A stretch of 43,512 bases of DNA from a virus, in IMG/VR virus record IMGVR_UViG_3300045988_100685. One strand, written 5' to 3'. Of the stretch, positions 27,001 through 33,879 are shown in pieces. The stretch's first letter is position 1. Each line of letters starts with the position of its first letter. A model generated the notes under the pieces. The model saw nothing but the letters and a program-made list of their open reading frames with translations, was not told where the DNA came from and ran no database searches. Position numbers and translations under genes: made by a program.

Positions 27001-30000
27001 ATGAGCTTTCCGCTTTTATGAAGAACAAGGGCAGAGTTGAGAGCATCGGCGACTATATGACCGAGGACGAGTTTGTGAAATGGGCTATGAACGGCGACAG
27101 CGGTCTTGACACGGAGCTTGATAATCTGTTCGACAAAACCGTTGGCAGCTTCCTTTCCGAGGCGAGCCGAAAGGAAAAAGAACGCACGAAAGCGGCAAAG
27201 GTCAACAACGCAATGGAAAATGTCCGCAACGCGGTGGAACATTACGGCGCGGCACAAGACTACGCCAGAGCAGAGAGTTTCCTTGCAGGTCAGATTGAAC
27301 AGGGCGCCAAGGACGCGGCGAAGCTGCGTGTTACCATCGAAAACTACGAGAACAGAATTAAGGCTTACCGTAACAAGCTTAGCGAAGTGCGGGAAAAACG
27401 CGACGCGGCGCTTAAAGCACGGCAGGAAGCTTTTGAAAACTACAAAGCGGAGAGAGCTGACAGCGCCAGACGCGAGGTGCTGCGCAAGCGTATAGCCAAG
27501 GGCGTTAAGTCTCTTAATACTATGCTGCTCAATCCTACGGACAACAAGCACATCCCACAAGACCTGCGCGGCGCTGTGGCGGGCTTCCTAAGCAACTTCA
27601 CCGACAACTCGAGTGTTTTCTCGAAGAGCAAGCTGGACGCGCTTGCAAAGGCGTACAGCAAGATTGCAGATGAAAGCAGCGACCTCAACGACCTTTACGA
27701 CCCCGACATTAAGGATTACCTTGACAAAATGGAGAAGACCGTCGGGGGCAAGCGGCTTTCGGAGCTTTCCGCAGATGAGCTGGAGCTTGTAAACGATGTT
27801 ACAAATTACTTTACTCACATTGTCCGAGACGGAAACAAGCTGCTTGTGGACGGCAGACGGCAGAATATTTCCGAGCTTGCTTCCGAAACCGTGAGGGCGG
27901 CGGAGAACCACGGATATAAGACCTATCGCGGCGGTACACTCAGCGGAGCGGTAAACTGGGCGGACAAATATCTCAATTACGATAATATAACGCCGTATTA
28001 TTTCTTCAACCGAATGGGCGGCGGTATGAAACGGCTGTATAACGATATGCTGTACAACAGCCAGCTTAAATATTCGCAGGATATAAACGAAGACCAGAAG
28101 TTTATGGCGAGTGTTTATGAAAAGTATCACGTCTGGGATTGGTCGAGCGCTAACCAGAAGAATAAGAATGACATTTTGAGATTTGAAACCGCAAGAAAAG
28201 GCGCGTGGCTTGAAATGACCCGAAACGAGGTACTTACGGCTTATGCTACCTATAAGCGCGGCAAAGCTCTCGGCGATGGCGCGGCGCATATGAAGGAGGG
28301 CGGTATAGTCGTAAAATCAAAAACGCCCGAAAAGTTTATGCAAGAGTATGTGAAAAGCTCTAAGGGCGTGCAGCTTGACATTGCGGATATTCAAAAAATG
28401 TTCGGATTCCTTACCGACGAGCAGAAAGCTTGTGCAGATGCGGTGGTTAATTACCTTACCACGGTGGAGGGCGCACGAAGAAATGAAACTTCTATGGTGC
28501 TTTACGGCTATAAAAAGTTTAACGAGACCTACTATTTCCCCTACCGTGTTGCAAGCGATTACACTAAGAGCCACGCCGGGCAGGAAGTGAGCCCCGATGG
28601 TGTGAAGCAGGTCGGCGGAAGCAAAATGCTTAAAAATATGGGCAGCGCGAAAACGCTTACCCCGAACGCGAACGCCGCAATCGTGATTGACGACTTTTTC
28701 AAGGTTGTTGCGGAGAGCATGAACGACACTGCGCGCTACCACGCCTTTGCGGTGCAGCAGGATAACTTTATGAGGGTGCTCAATTACAAGGATACGGTTG
28801 ACGCGGAGCACGGCAGCACAAGCGTTAAACAGGCTATTCGGGACAGCTACGGCACGGAGGGTATTAACTACATCACCGGGCTTATGGGCGACAGCTTTGG
28901 CGGAGCGGTGCAGCTCAACGACGATAATGTTTTTGGCAAGCTTTTCGGCAAATTTAAGAAAACCGCGGTTGCGGCCAACCTTTCCGTTGCGATTCAGCAG
29001 CCTTCGGCGATTATGAGGGCAACGGCTATGATTGACGGAAAGTATCTTGCCAAAACCGTACGTCAAAAGAACGCGCTTGAAGAAATGTACGATTACAGTT
29101 CCACGGCGTTCCTGAAAAATATGGGGCGGTTTGACATAGGCACAGGCAGAAGCGCGGAGCAGTACATTTTGAAGCCGGAGCTGAAAGGCAAGGACTATGT
29201 TAGACAGCTTTTTGCGACCGGAGAATACAGCACCGGAGAGCTGGACGACGTGACCGGGTTCCTCTCCGAAAAGGCAGACTGGGTAACCTGGGGGCACATT
29301 ATGAACGCCGTTATGGCGGAAATTGAGGACACCACGGATCTGAAACGCGGAACGGAGGAGTTTAAGCGGGCGGCAGGACGGCGGTTTGATGAGGTCGTGA
29401 ACGCAACGCAGGTATACGACAGCATACTTGTAAAAAGCCCAATGATGCGGGACCAAAGGGGAATTGCACAGATAATATCGGCGTTCAAAATGGAACCAAC
29501 GCTGAGCTACAACCTCTTTGTAGATTCCATCAGCAAGGAAAAGGTGGCTGCCAAAAGTGCGGCACGCGGGCTTTCGGCGCTTGCGCTTAATGTTCTTGCA
29601 AATGCACTGCTTAAATCTATAATCGGAGCATTGCGCGACCGCGACGAGGACAAAACCTACCTTGAAAAGTACACCGAGAAGCTGGTAAACAACATAGTAA
29701 GCGACCTTATTCCGATTCTTAATTTGCCGGGCGTAGACGCAATCTCCGAAGCGATTCAGGGCTTTACGACGGAGCTTCCCGAAATGGGTATGATTTCGGA
29801 CACCGTGAGCGCGGGCAATAAAGCACTCAAAAAAATAAGCAAAGGCGACTGGGGCGGTGCTTTGGGAGAATTGACCGTCGTATTCAACCTTTTCGGACTG
29901 CCTGTACGGAACGTTTACAGAGACTTTGCGGCAATCTTCAACACAGCGGTCAATACCAAGCCGCTGAAAGATACAAGCTTCGCGGGGATATATGAAGCGG

Positions 30001-30350
30001 CGGTTGACGGTTTTTTGGATTCGAGCACTATTTACGGAGCCGGAAAAGCTTTAGGACTTATAGACACGAGCAAGGCGGCAGGAATTAAAAAGGCAATGCG
30101 AAAAGGCGATTCTACAGAAATTCGCAAAGCTACAAACAAGCTTATCAAAGAGTATGTTGCGAGCGGTAAAAGTGAGAATGAAGCTAAAGGCTATATCAAA
30201 GGAGCTTTGACGAACTACTGGAAGCCACTGTACCAGAACGCGAACAGCGCGGAACGGGCAAAAATCCGCAAGGCGCTTTACGCTACCGGAATTTACGAGA
30301 ACACCGATGCGGTCGTGAAGATGTGTGACAACTGGCTTAAAGACGATTAA
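21081..30350 (+). CDS. Giant (3,089 aa) polyvalent-type virion/ejection protein
   Basis: A single uninterrupted ORF. It has an N-terminal coiled coil and a Gly-rich hydrophobic block (about aa 275-560). An HExxH segment follows (GWYDRETDTIYIDLF...LRTLSHELTHFMEK, H994-H998, nt 24060-24074). Next comes a segment DSDYMKAVENGDTETAQKLVDEAARAAGY...IYHGT..FGFT.F...FFATS...AQTY...NVYIYFNPQEDVKSADAVTYDDEGKVIPLSERFN, like the ADP-ribosyltransferase modules of polyvalent proteins. The C-terminal region is long and carries hydrophobic helices. Confidence 0.85.
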   Translation: MNWAERRSIYENNQKTGSNTTVSSSDQWAERRKKYNSGDIITPQQRMTQERVQRQQQQYLTQKAEYDKQQAEYNRLLGLDLEEAGRLRTSAKTSLDMLKDARTKIGAELNTQTTGIKASGMNHKKISALRNQIKSLDEQIAAAQKSYDDKTYDYQYANLYQKQAEQEKLIKEHGDYQATVSDAIDDPYYRKVNNLLGVKSKADLYSKRSQNKLLGENSGKIMSEMTDEERNTYNYIFDTEGREAAKEYMEILEYSLASRYKKSRTEDAQEMANSGFGGAAAGTALSIMEGAVSDTGGGLGFYLQKGLRDIGWADDSLPINYEKTFATSTWSNALQEQVSQNITDSGKDLFTIGDYTFNTGKAGAFLYGTGVSIADNMARNLIFAPFGSAGTLTVMAARVAGQSVNEALSRGATEDEAAAYGVSSAIGEVIGEVAPLDHLLGMVNADPKTGKEWLKAILKQAGLEASGEAITTVWNDLVSAQALGDLSDYNMAKAEYIQQGMSEKEAEKQATKDALHQIFLDALGGAISGVAMGGGASVVNRTVSRASGTRAESNIASSLVSDIDESEVQKRAARYEKKGMSTEEATQKTREDIQNKKAKEYTERGMSAEEAAGAVKADDIATEERNKKLREEILDRGLNAEEGSKANTAAKAIQEKLKSGESVSADEWKNLIKSTRAQVSLAETKDAIKKAAQNSGESLADTDVDVMAAAMEKNFQGKNMSEAENKLIKGSEAAKKAYSELTGLNYETGKVIPEIVEEKKKAAIRDILGEQVTDYAGENRSNGYKNALSKTYRAYLSLVEEANAGDIAQLQAKLSPEGYAQLFSEFYEFGKSGEYSADVLKADLEKRGAVRGEALKALETAYELGRSEAKSGGIKNAKVRQAELNAKKHAEREKKATAPKGVARSITEKEFKTDAAKNAGAKSIDMKKHFSQKQRYAIAVAREFAKMTDINIVFYQTEDGKGANGWYDRETDTIYIDLFSGFNNEQAMLRTLSHELTHFMEKYSPEHYEEYKQFLLEYYYNKDNGETLSRLVEQEKKLAPNQSAEYWQNEIVANASEMFINDESAMRALISEHADVAQTVDNWFKKMNYALRRAFKGVVTSGSAEADAAKELQANVEAFSEAQKRWSALLKESVEAKKAVGTAEESGDVRFSKRVDSDYMKAVENGDTETAQKLVDEAARAAGYDSEPIYHGTQNFGFTKLDVSKSDDEISFFATSNLDMAQTYSGKSGTKKINEALGDINSLTEEEVVDRLNKESVTDGYGMGSKYRIMRPADVKAFLADVDKRIEKLDDVVERKTTEYADRLATDFNDANLRAHSKLVALSEALQFYNYDKMSTPLWMLLNNTDVFNSAEKKRYGNLEADIRLRNGLTAKKGIDEGAVIRESLDRYEIRVKTFEEAKNELAANAASGNYVLRGKTDGLLEIDGNGHNWNDIFATLEPKGGNTLRAEYDFSTSSVKLSDKNGEFANIPARTLSEAEPAMARAITKHYGSYFASTVFAQARDQLRSSATAKVAIKTTGKTDTRNIAQFAKEQGYRGVKITDIYDNGGRGANADAGNVYIYFNPQEDVKSADAVTYDDEGKVIPLSERFNAKNDDIRYSMRGENWKPTLDKVEWRIVNYAIENKTGKELTETTDYFFRKEKGKTVFGIYSTDDSTLLYAVHGERATSEHDFLIFVLEAMSNENIDRKNAGNTGTLLSQIGLQQNRRSGNNGGAAEPGRYVGNVNVYFGKSKSDASGALRNVLKNIFGERQTDGSRESGEPGGSRGLTVSDLGKIQYQLRIEDKNRLDILDKQETRLTADLKTLEKAYAEAIRAEYERSIKPSEETSRRAAEINKKAAKRYMNEVGATFHVPKDERSLYLLPIINEIIDKGPTISESEGLIEQLYREAYRHSQEYIVDDGGLYKKERDALRNMAIYVDPGTRSDVGDYERFRKNNMGSLKLTGDPSANSLDGLYDMLANNYPDFFSGSTDGAEQLYELSAFMKNKGRVESIGDYMTEDEFVKWAMNGDSGLDTELDNLFDKTVGSFLSEASRKEKERTKAAKVNNAMENVRNAVEHYGAAQDYARAESFLAGQIEQGAKDAAKLRVTIENYENRIKAYRNKLSEVREKRDAALKARQEAFENYKAERADSARREVLRKRIAKGVKSLNTMLLNPTDNKHIPQDLRGAVAGFLSNFTDNSSVFSKSKLDALAKAYSKIADESSDLNDLYDPDIKDYLDKMEKTVGGKRLSELSADELELVNDVTNYFTHIVRDGNKLLVDGRRQNISELASETVRAAENHGYKTYRGGTLSGAVNWADKYLNYDNITPYYFFNRMGGGMKRLYNDMLYNSQLKYSQDINEDQKFMASVYEKYHVWDWSSANQKNKNDILRFETARKGAWLEMTRNEVLTAYATYKRGKALGDGAAHMKEGGIVVKSKTPEKFMQEYVKSSKGVQLDIADIQKMFGFLTDEQKACADAVVNYLTTVEGARRNETSMVLYGYKKFNETYYFPYRVASDYTKSHAGQEVSPDGVKQVGGSKMLKNMGSAKTLTPNANAAIVIDDFFKVVAESMNDTARYHAFAVQQDNFMRVLNYKDTVDAEHGSTSVKQAIRDSYGTEGINYITGLMGDSFGGAVQLNDDNVFGKLFGKFKKTAVAANLSVAIQQPSAIMRATAMIDGKYLAKTVRQKNALEEMYDYSSTAFLKNMGRFDIGTGRSAEQYILKPELKGKDYVRQLFATGEYSTGELDDVTGFLSEKADWVTWGHIMNAVMAEIEDTTDLKRGTEEFKRAAGRRFDEVVNATQVYDSILVKSPMMRDQRGIAQIISAFKMEPTLSYNLFVDSISKEKVAAKSAARGLSALALNVLANALLKSIIGALRDRDEDKTYLEKYTEKLVNNIVSDLIPILNLPGVDAISEAIQGFTTELPEMGMISDTVSAGNKALKKISKGDWGGALGELTVVFNLFGLPVRNVYRDFAAIFNTAVNTKPLKDTSFAGIYEAAVDGFLDSSTIYGAGKALGLIDTSKAAGIKKAMRKGDSTEIRKATNKLIKEYVASGKSENEAKGYIKGALTNYWKPLYQNANSAERAKIRKALYATGIYENTDAVVKMCDNWLKDD
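26119..26376 (+). CDS. Candidate embedded 85-aa ORF in an alternative frame of the giant gene (uncertain)
   Basis: GGAGG (26105-26109) lies 9 nt upstream of the ATG. The product MRISIEKMQEILVRCLARLGCSKIGVLVIMAELQNPDDTWEMLTYISENPKATPAELYEMSSKISSARDRLMEAEKAENPEEAED looks like a real helical protein. Over the same nucleotides the long frame is low-complexity and GGA-rich. Confidence 0.35.
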   Translation: MRISIEKMQEILVRCLARLGCSKIGVLVIMAELQNPDDTWEMLTYISENPKATPAELYEMSSKISSARDRLMEAEKAENPEEAED

Positions 30351-30359
30351 AAAAATATG

Positions 30360-30393
30360 AGTGCGGGGGTAGAAGCTCCCGCACTTTTATTTT
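30360..30393 (+). terminator. Intrinsic terminator after the giant gene (GCGGGGGTAGA family)
   Basis: AGTGCGGGG pairs with TCCCGCACT, with loop GTAGAAGC, followed by TTTTATTTT. Confidence 0.7.
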
Positions 30394-30423
30394 ACACTGA
30401 GATTGTAAGGAGGCGGTTTATGT

Positions 30424-30795
30424 ATGGCAACGGCAATTCCAAGGGCGGAGACCTCGCCCCGAAATGAAAACGGAGTTTTGAAGTTCTACAAGGGAAACAC
30501 TTTTCAGTATTACATTCATTTGTTTTTGAAAGACCAGGACAACGAGGAAATAAACTTTAACAACGATACAGACACCTTGACGGTAAAGTTTTTCAGTGCC
30601 AAAAACGACCTTGTAAAGACTTTTGAGTTTGGAAAAGGAAAAAATCTTGCACTGAAAAATAATATCGCAGAATTTGATTTTACGGACGAGATTACGGCAC
30701 TTTTTGACCGTGGGCGTTACCGCTATGTAGGCGATTATGAAAGCCCAACACTGGGGCGCAGAACCGTTATAAACGCGCCTATGCTTGTAGAGTAA
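30424..30795 (+). CDS. Hypothetical tail-associated protein
   Basis: 123-aa beta-rich ORF with SD aaggagg upstream. It is the first gene of fibre cassette 1. Confidence 0.5.
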   Translation: MATAIPRAETSPRNENGVLKFYKGNTFQYYIHLFLKDQDNEEINFNNDTDTLTVKFFSAKNDLVKTFEFGKGKNLALKNNIAEFDFTDEITALFDRGRYRYVGDYESPTLGRRTVINAPMLVE

Positions 30796-30805
30796 GGAGG
30801 ACGAG

Positions 30806-31813
30806 ATGGCAGATAACCTTTTTGAAGCAAAAGTTGACCTTGAACTGCCGGTACAAGTGTTTGCGGACGCATACGGAAATATATCCCGAGGGCTGAAACG
30901 CATATACGCTAAAGAAAACGGCGATGTTGTGTTTGTGCTCACAGACGGTACGGAGCACATAGTGGGTAATGTTGTGGGTCAACAAGGGCCAACCGGACCG
31001 GCTTCCACCGTTCCGGGTCCAACGGGCCCCACGGGAGCGACAGGGAAACAAGGCAAACCGGGCAAGGACGGTGAAAACGGCAAGGACGGTGAAAACGGCG
31101 CGCCGGGAATATATTACGGCAGCACGCAGCCGAGCGGACCTGATTTCCCGGTTTGGATTGACCCGACAGGCGCGGAGGGAATTCCTCTTTCCGTTACGGG
31201 TCCTACCGGGGCAACCGGAAGCCCCGGCAAGGACGGCACAACGCCGAATTTGACCATAGGCACTGTTACGACACTTGATGCGGGGCAGAACGCAACGGCG
31301 AGTATGGGCGGCACTGCGGAAAGCCCGGTGCTGAACCTCGGCATTCCGAGAGGAGCAAAGGGCGAGCCGGGCAAGAACGGCGGCGGTACATATTATGTGG
31401 AGCTGGTCGGCAAATTTCCTAATTACACGCTGTCCGAGACAACGCCGCTTGCGGATATAGTGGCGGCATACAACGATGGCAAGGCGCTGTTTTGCAGGTG
31501 CTCAATGGGGGTATACACAGCAACACTGCCGCTGTTTGTTCCTATGCCTGCAATGAACACGTGGATTTTCAGCGGAAGCGGCGGCGTCGCAAAAATGAAC
31601 TTCCCGGCACAATATTTTACGATTGCGGTAACGGCGCAGGGAGTGAGTGCAGAGAATGTTCAGCTTGCTACACAGACAAGCGTGAATGATATGCTTACTA
31701 CAAGCAATATTGTAACCAGTGTATCTTCCGCAAGCACAGACGGCGAAGTACCGTCGGCGAAATGCCTGTATGACCTTGTAGGGAATATAACGGCGCAGAT
31801 AGACGCAATGTAA
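30806..31813 (+). CDS. Collagen-like repeat tail fibre protein 1
   Basis: Gly-X-Y tracts (GQQGPTGPASTVPGPTGPTGATGKQGKPGKDGENGKDGENGAPG and GPTGATGSPGKDG) are followed by a globular C-terminal domain. Confidence 0.8.
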   Translation: MADNLFEAKVDLELPVQVFADAYGNISRGLKRIYAKENGDVVFVLTDGTEHIVGNVVGQQGPTGPASTVPGPTGPTGATGKQGKPGKDGENGKDGENGAPGIYYGSTQPSGPDFPVWIDPTGAEGIPLSVTGPTGATGSPGKDGTTPNLTIGTVTTLDAGQNATASMGGTAESPVLNLGIPRGAKGEPGKNGGGTYYVELVGKFPNYTLSETTPLADIVAAYNDGKALFCRCSMGVYTATLPLFVPMPAMNTWIFSGSGGVAKMNFPAQYFTIAVTAQGVSAENVQLATQTSVNDMLTTSNIVTSVSSASTDGEVPSAKCLYDLVGNITAQIDAM

Positions 31814-31835
31814 AAGCGAAAGGAATGAAAACATT

Positions 31836-32162
31836 ATGAAAAAAGCAATGTTAAGCCAGCCTATGGCAGGAAAAAGTGATACGGAAATCGTAGAAACAAG
31901 AGAAAAAGCAATTAAAGCTCTTGAAGAAAAGGGTTATGAAATTATAAACACCCTTTTTACCGATGAATGGTATAGCAAAGAGCAAATGGAGCAAAGGGGA
32001 GTTGTACAAATACCGCTTTGCTTTTTGGCAAAGTCGCTTGAAAATATGAGCCTTTGCCACGCAGCTTACTTTTGCAAAGGATTTGAAAAGGCACGAGGTT
32101 GCCGCATTGAGCACGAAGCGGCAAAAGCATATGGTCTTGAAATCATATACGAGGAAGAATGA
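31836..32162 (+). CDS. Hypothetical protein, possibly with a nucleoside 2-deoxyribosyltransferase-like (DUF4406-like) fold
   Basis: 108 aa. The N-terminal strand-loop-helix MLSQPMAGKSDTEIVETREKAIKALEEKGYEIINT resembles that fold family. This is a tentative call. Confidence 0.35.
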   Translation: MKKAMLSQPMAGKSDTEIVETREKAIKALEEKGYEIINTLFTDEWYSKEQMEQRGVVQIPLCFLAKSLENMSLCHAAYFCKGFEKARGCRIEHEAAKAYGLEIIYEEE

Positions 32163-32163
32163 T

Positions 32164-32853
32164 ATGAGCAACAACATAGCAGAGGCAATAGCGGCAAAGA
32201 ACGAGGTTATAGCCGCACAGGGCACAAGCCTTGATACAGTGCTGTCAGCACTGGAGGGTAAAGCGGCGGGGAGCGGAAGCGATATATCCCTTGGGATTAC
32301 ATCTGCGGCAGTCGGGCAGACAATCAAAGTCAAGGCGGTAAACGAGCAGGGTATGCCTACTGCGTGGGAAGCTGCGGATATGTTTGCGGACGAGCAGTGG
32401 GAACTCCTCGGAACTCTTGATGCAAGCACAGGAGATGTTTTGCAACTCGATTTTTCTAATCCAGTCAAAAAACTTTATTTTTACAGCTCATTGTGTGACA
32501 CCGCCGGGGAACAATATAGTGCTTCAACGACCGTATACAGGCAAGTGGCATTCAAAGTAGGTGATACATGGAGAGATGTTAACAGCTTTAAGATTGGATG
32601 TTGCAAGCATAATTGGAGTTGGAAGACCAGATATTGGCTGGAATGCGGAGCGAACTTGCCTTATCCAAAAGGAGAATGGACTGAAACTCTTTCTGCTGGT
32701 AATGTTGCAATAAAATTAACACCGCTTGTGATTGGCAATAATAATCAATATTCCAGCGGACTCGTATCAGGAATACGCTTTAGCTTGGTACTCCCAGATG
32801 GCACAGAAAATACGGCATTGGGAACCATTAAAGTTTGGGGTGTAAAAGCATGA
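32164..32853 (+). CDS. Hypothetical fibre-associated / receptor-binding candidate
   Basis: ATG at 32164, two nt after the upstream stop, preferred over the track start at 32083. 229 aa with an N-terminal helical region followed by a beta-rich region. Confidence 0.5.
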   Translation: MSNNIAEAIAAKNEVIAAQGTSLDTVLSALEGKAAGSGSDISLGITSAAVGQTIKVKAVNEQGMPTAWEAADMFADEQWELLGTLDASTGDVLQLDFSNPVKKLYFYSSLCDTAGEQYSASTTVYRQVAFKVGDTWRDVNSFKIGCCKHNWSWKTRYWLECGANLPYPKGEWTETLSAGNVAIKLTPLVIGNNNQYSSGLVSGIRFSLVLPDGTENTALGTIKVWGVKA

Positions 32854-32918
32854 GCACTGTTGATATTCGTATAAGCAAGTGCCCGAAAAGTGGAGGGCAA
32901 AGGTGGAGGAGGTGCTGA

Positions 32919-33617
32919 ATGAGCCTTAACGACAACACAAGCAAAATAGCAAGCGTGCTTGCAAAGGTGAACGCACTGCCCGCACAGCTTGACACTTCCG
33001 ATGCCACGGCTGTGGCGGAGGATATAGTCAAGGGGCAGACTGCGTATGTCGACGGAGTAAAGGTGACGGGAACGCTGGAGAAAGCAACGCAGATTACCGG
33101 AAACGTGACGAGCACAGCAATACTGACCCCGAGGGTGATGTTTTCCGGCAAGACAAGCGAAGCATTTGCTATAGACGCAAACAAGGGCATAACGCTCACG
33201 ATGCCCGCGGTTGACCTCGGCGATGCGGGAGACGCGGATGTGGCAAAGGGCAAAACCTACACGAGTGCGAACGGATTTAAGCGGACGGGGACGAAAGAGG
33301 AGGCTGTTATAGAGACGGCGGCTCTTACCCTGACAGGAAACGCCTTAGCTCCAGGTGTTACGGTATGGTATATAAACGGTAGTGGGAACCTACAAACTGA
33401 AACTTATACCGCAGACGCTGTGCTCACGGTAAAGAAATTTAACATAGTGTTCTTTGCGGGGCAGCAGCTTACAACAGTTGTGGACGGAGCCGAGGAAAAC
33501 TACCTTGTTTCGGCGATGGGCGGAACGCCGCAGCCGTTCGTTATGACGGATGGTATAAGCTATTCTTCCGTTATGGTTGAGGGAGACTTGACGGTTAATG
33601 CGGCAGTGAAAGTTTAA
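32919..33617 (+). CDS. Tail fibre-like protein
   Basis: 232 aa. Repeated motifs DATAVAEDIVKGQTAYVDGVKVTGTL and GDADVAKGKTYTSANGFKRTGT are typical of Firmicutes phage fibre proteins. SD ggaggagg lies upstream. Confidence 0.6.
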   Translation: MSLNDNTSKIASVLAKVNALPAQLDTSDATAVAEDIVKGQTAYVDGVKVTGTLEKATQITGNVTSTAILTPRVMFSGKTSEAFAIDANKGITLTMPAVDLGDAGDADVAKGKTYTSANGFKRTGTKEEAVIETAALTLTGNALAPGVTVWYINGSGNLQTETYTADAVLTVKKFNIVFFAGQQLTTVVDGAEENYLVSAMGGTPQPFVMTDGISYSSVMVEGDLTVNAAVKV

Positions 33618-33638
33618 GAAGCATTTTTCGATAACTTC

Positions 33639-33667
33639 TTGACAAAAGCATTACACAGTGCTATACT
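33639..33667 (+). promoter_or_regulatory. Near-consensus sigma70/SigA-type promoter with extended -10
   Basis: TTGACA (33639-33644), a 17-nt spacer ending in TGC, and TATACT (33662-33667). Confidence 0.75.
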
Positions 33668-33673
33668 ACAGTC

Positions 33674-33830
33674 AAGGGTTAATCCCTTTTGTCACCGCGT
33701 GAGCGCTGATTTTTCCCCGCGTAAGCGGGGGTGGCTCGATCAGAGCGCAAGCGCACGCGGTTGTGGATTGAAATCTTAGTGCGGCGAAAGCTGTGAAGTA
33801 AAAAGCTCTATCGCAAGATAGGGCTTTTTG
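33674..33830 (+). ncRNA. Structured non-coding RNA (about 155 nt) containing a type I-C CRISPR repeat-like module
   Basis: It is bounded by the promoter above and a terminator at 33804-33829, and no credible ORF is present. There are three GNRA-capped helices. The core reads GTC-ACCGCGT ... ACGCGGT-T-GTGGATTGAAAT (33691-33774), whose 3' 12-mer equals the conserved tail of type I-C repeats. Confidence 0.6.
33804..33830 (+). terminator. Intrinsic terminator of the ncRNA
   Basis: AGCTCTATC, loop GCAA, GATAGGGCT (one G-U pair), followed by T5. Confidence 0.75.
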
Positions 33831-33847
33831 CTTATAAAAATATTTTT

Positions 33848-33879
33848 AGTGCGGGGGTAGAAGCCCCCGCACTTTTTTT
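33848..33879 (+). terminator. Second, tandem terminator (GCGGGGGTAGA family)
   Basis: A perfect 10-bp stem AGTGCGGGGG/CCCCCGCACT with loop TAGAAG, followed by T7. Confidence 0.75.

Noticed and set aside
32850-32918. 22-codon ORF (MSTVDIRISKCPKSGGQRWRRC) between two fibre-module genes
   Set aside because: It is very short, and its 3' half is simply the GGAGGAGG SD region of the next gene. No independent support exists.
33691-33774. Possible CRISPR array
   Set aside because: Only one repeat-like unit is present, with no second copy at spacer distance. It is reported as a solitary repeat-like RNA and not as a CRISPR array.
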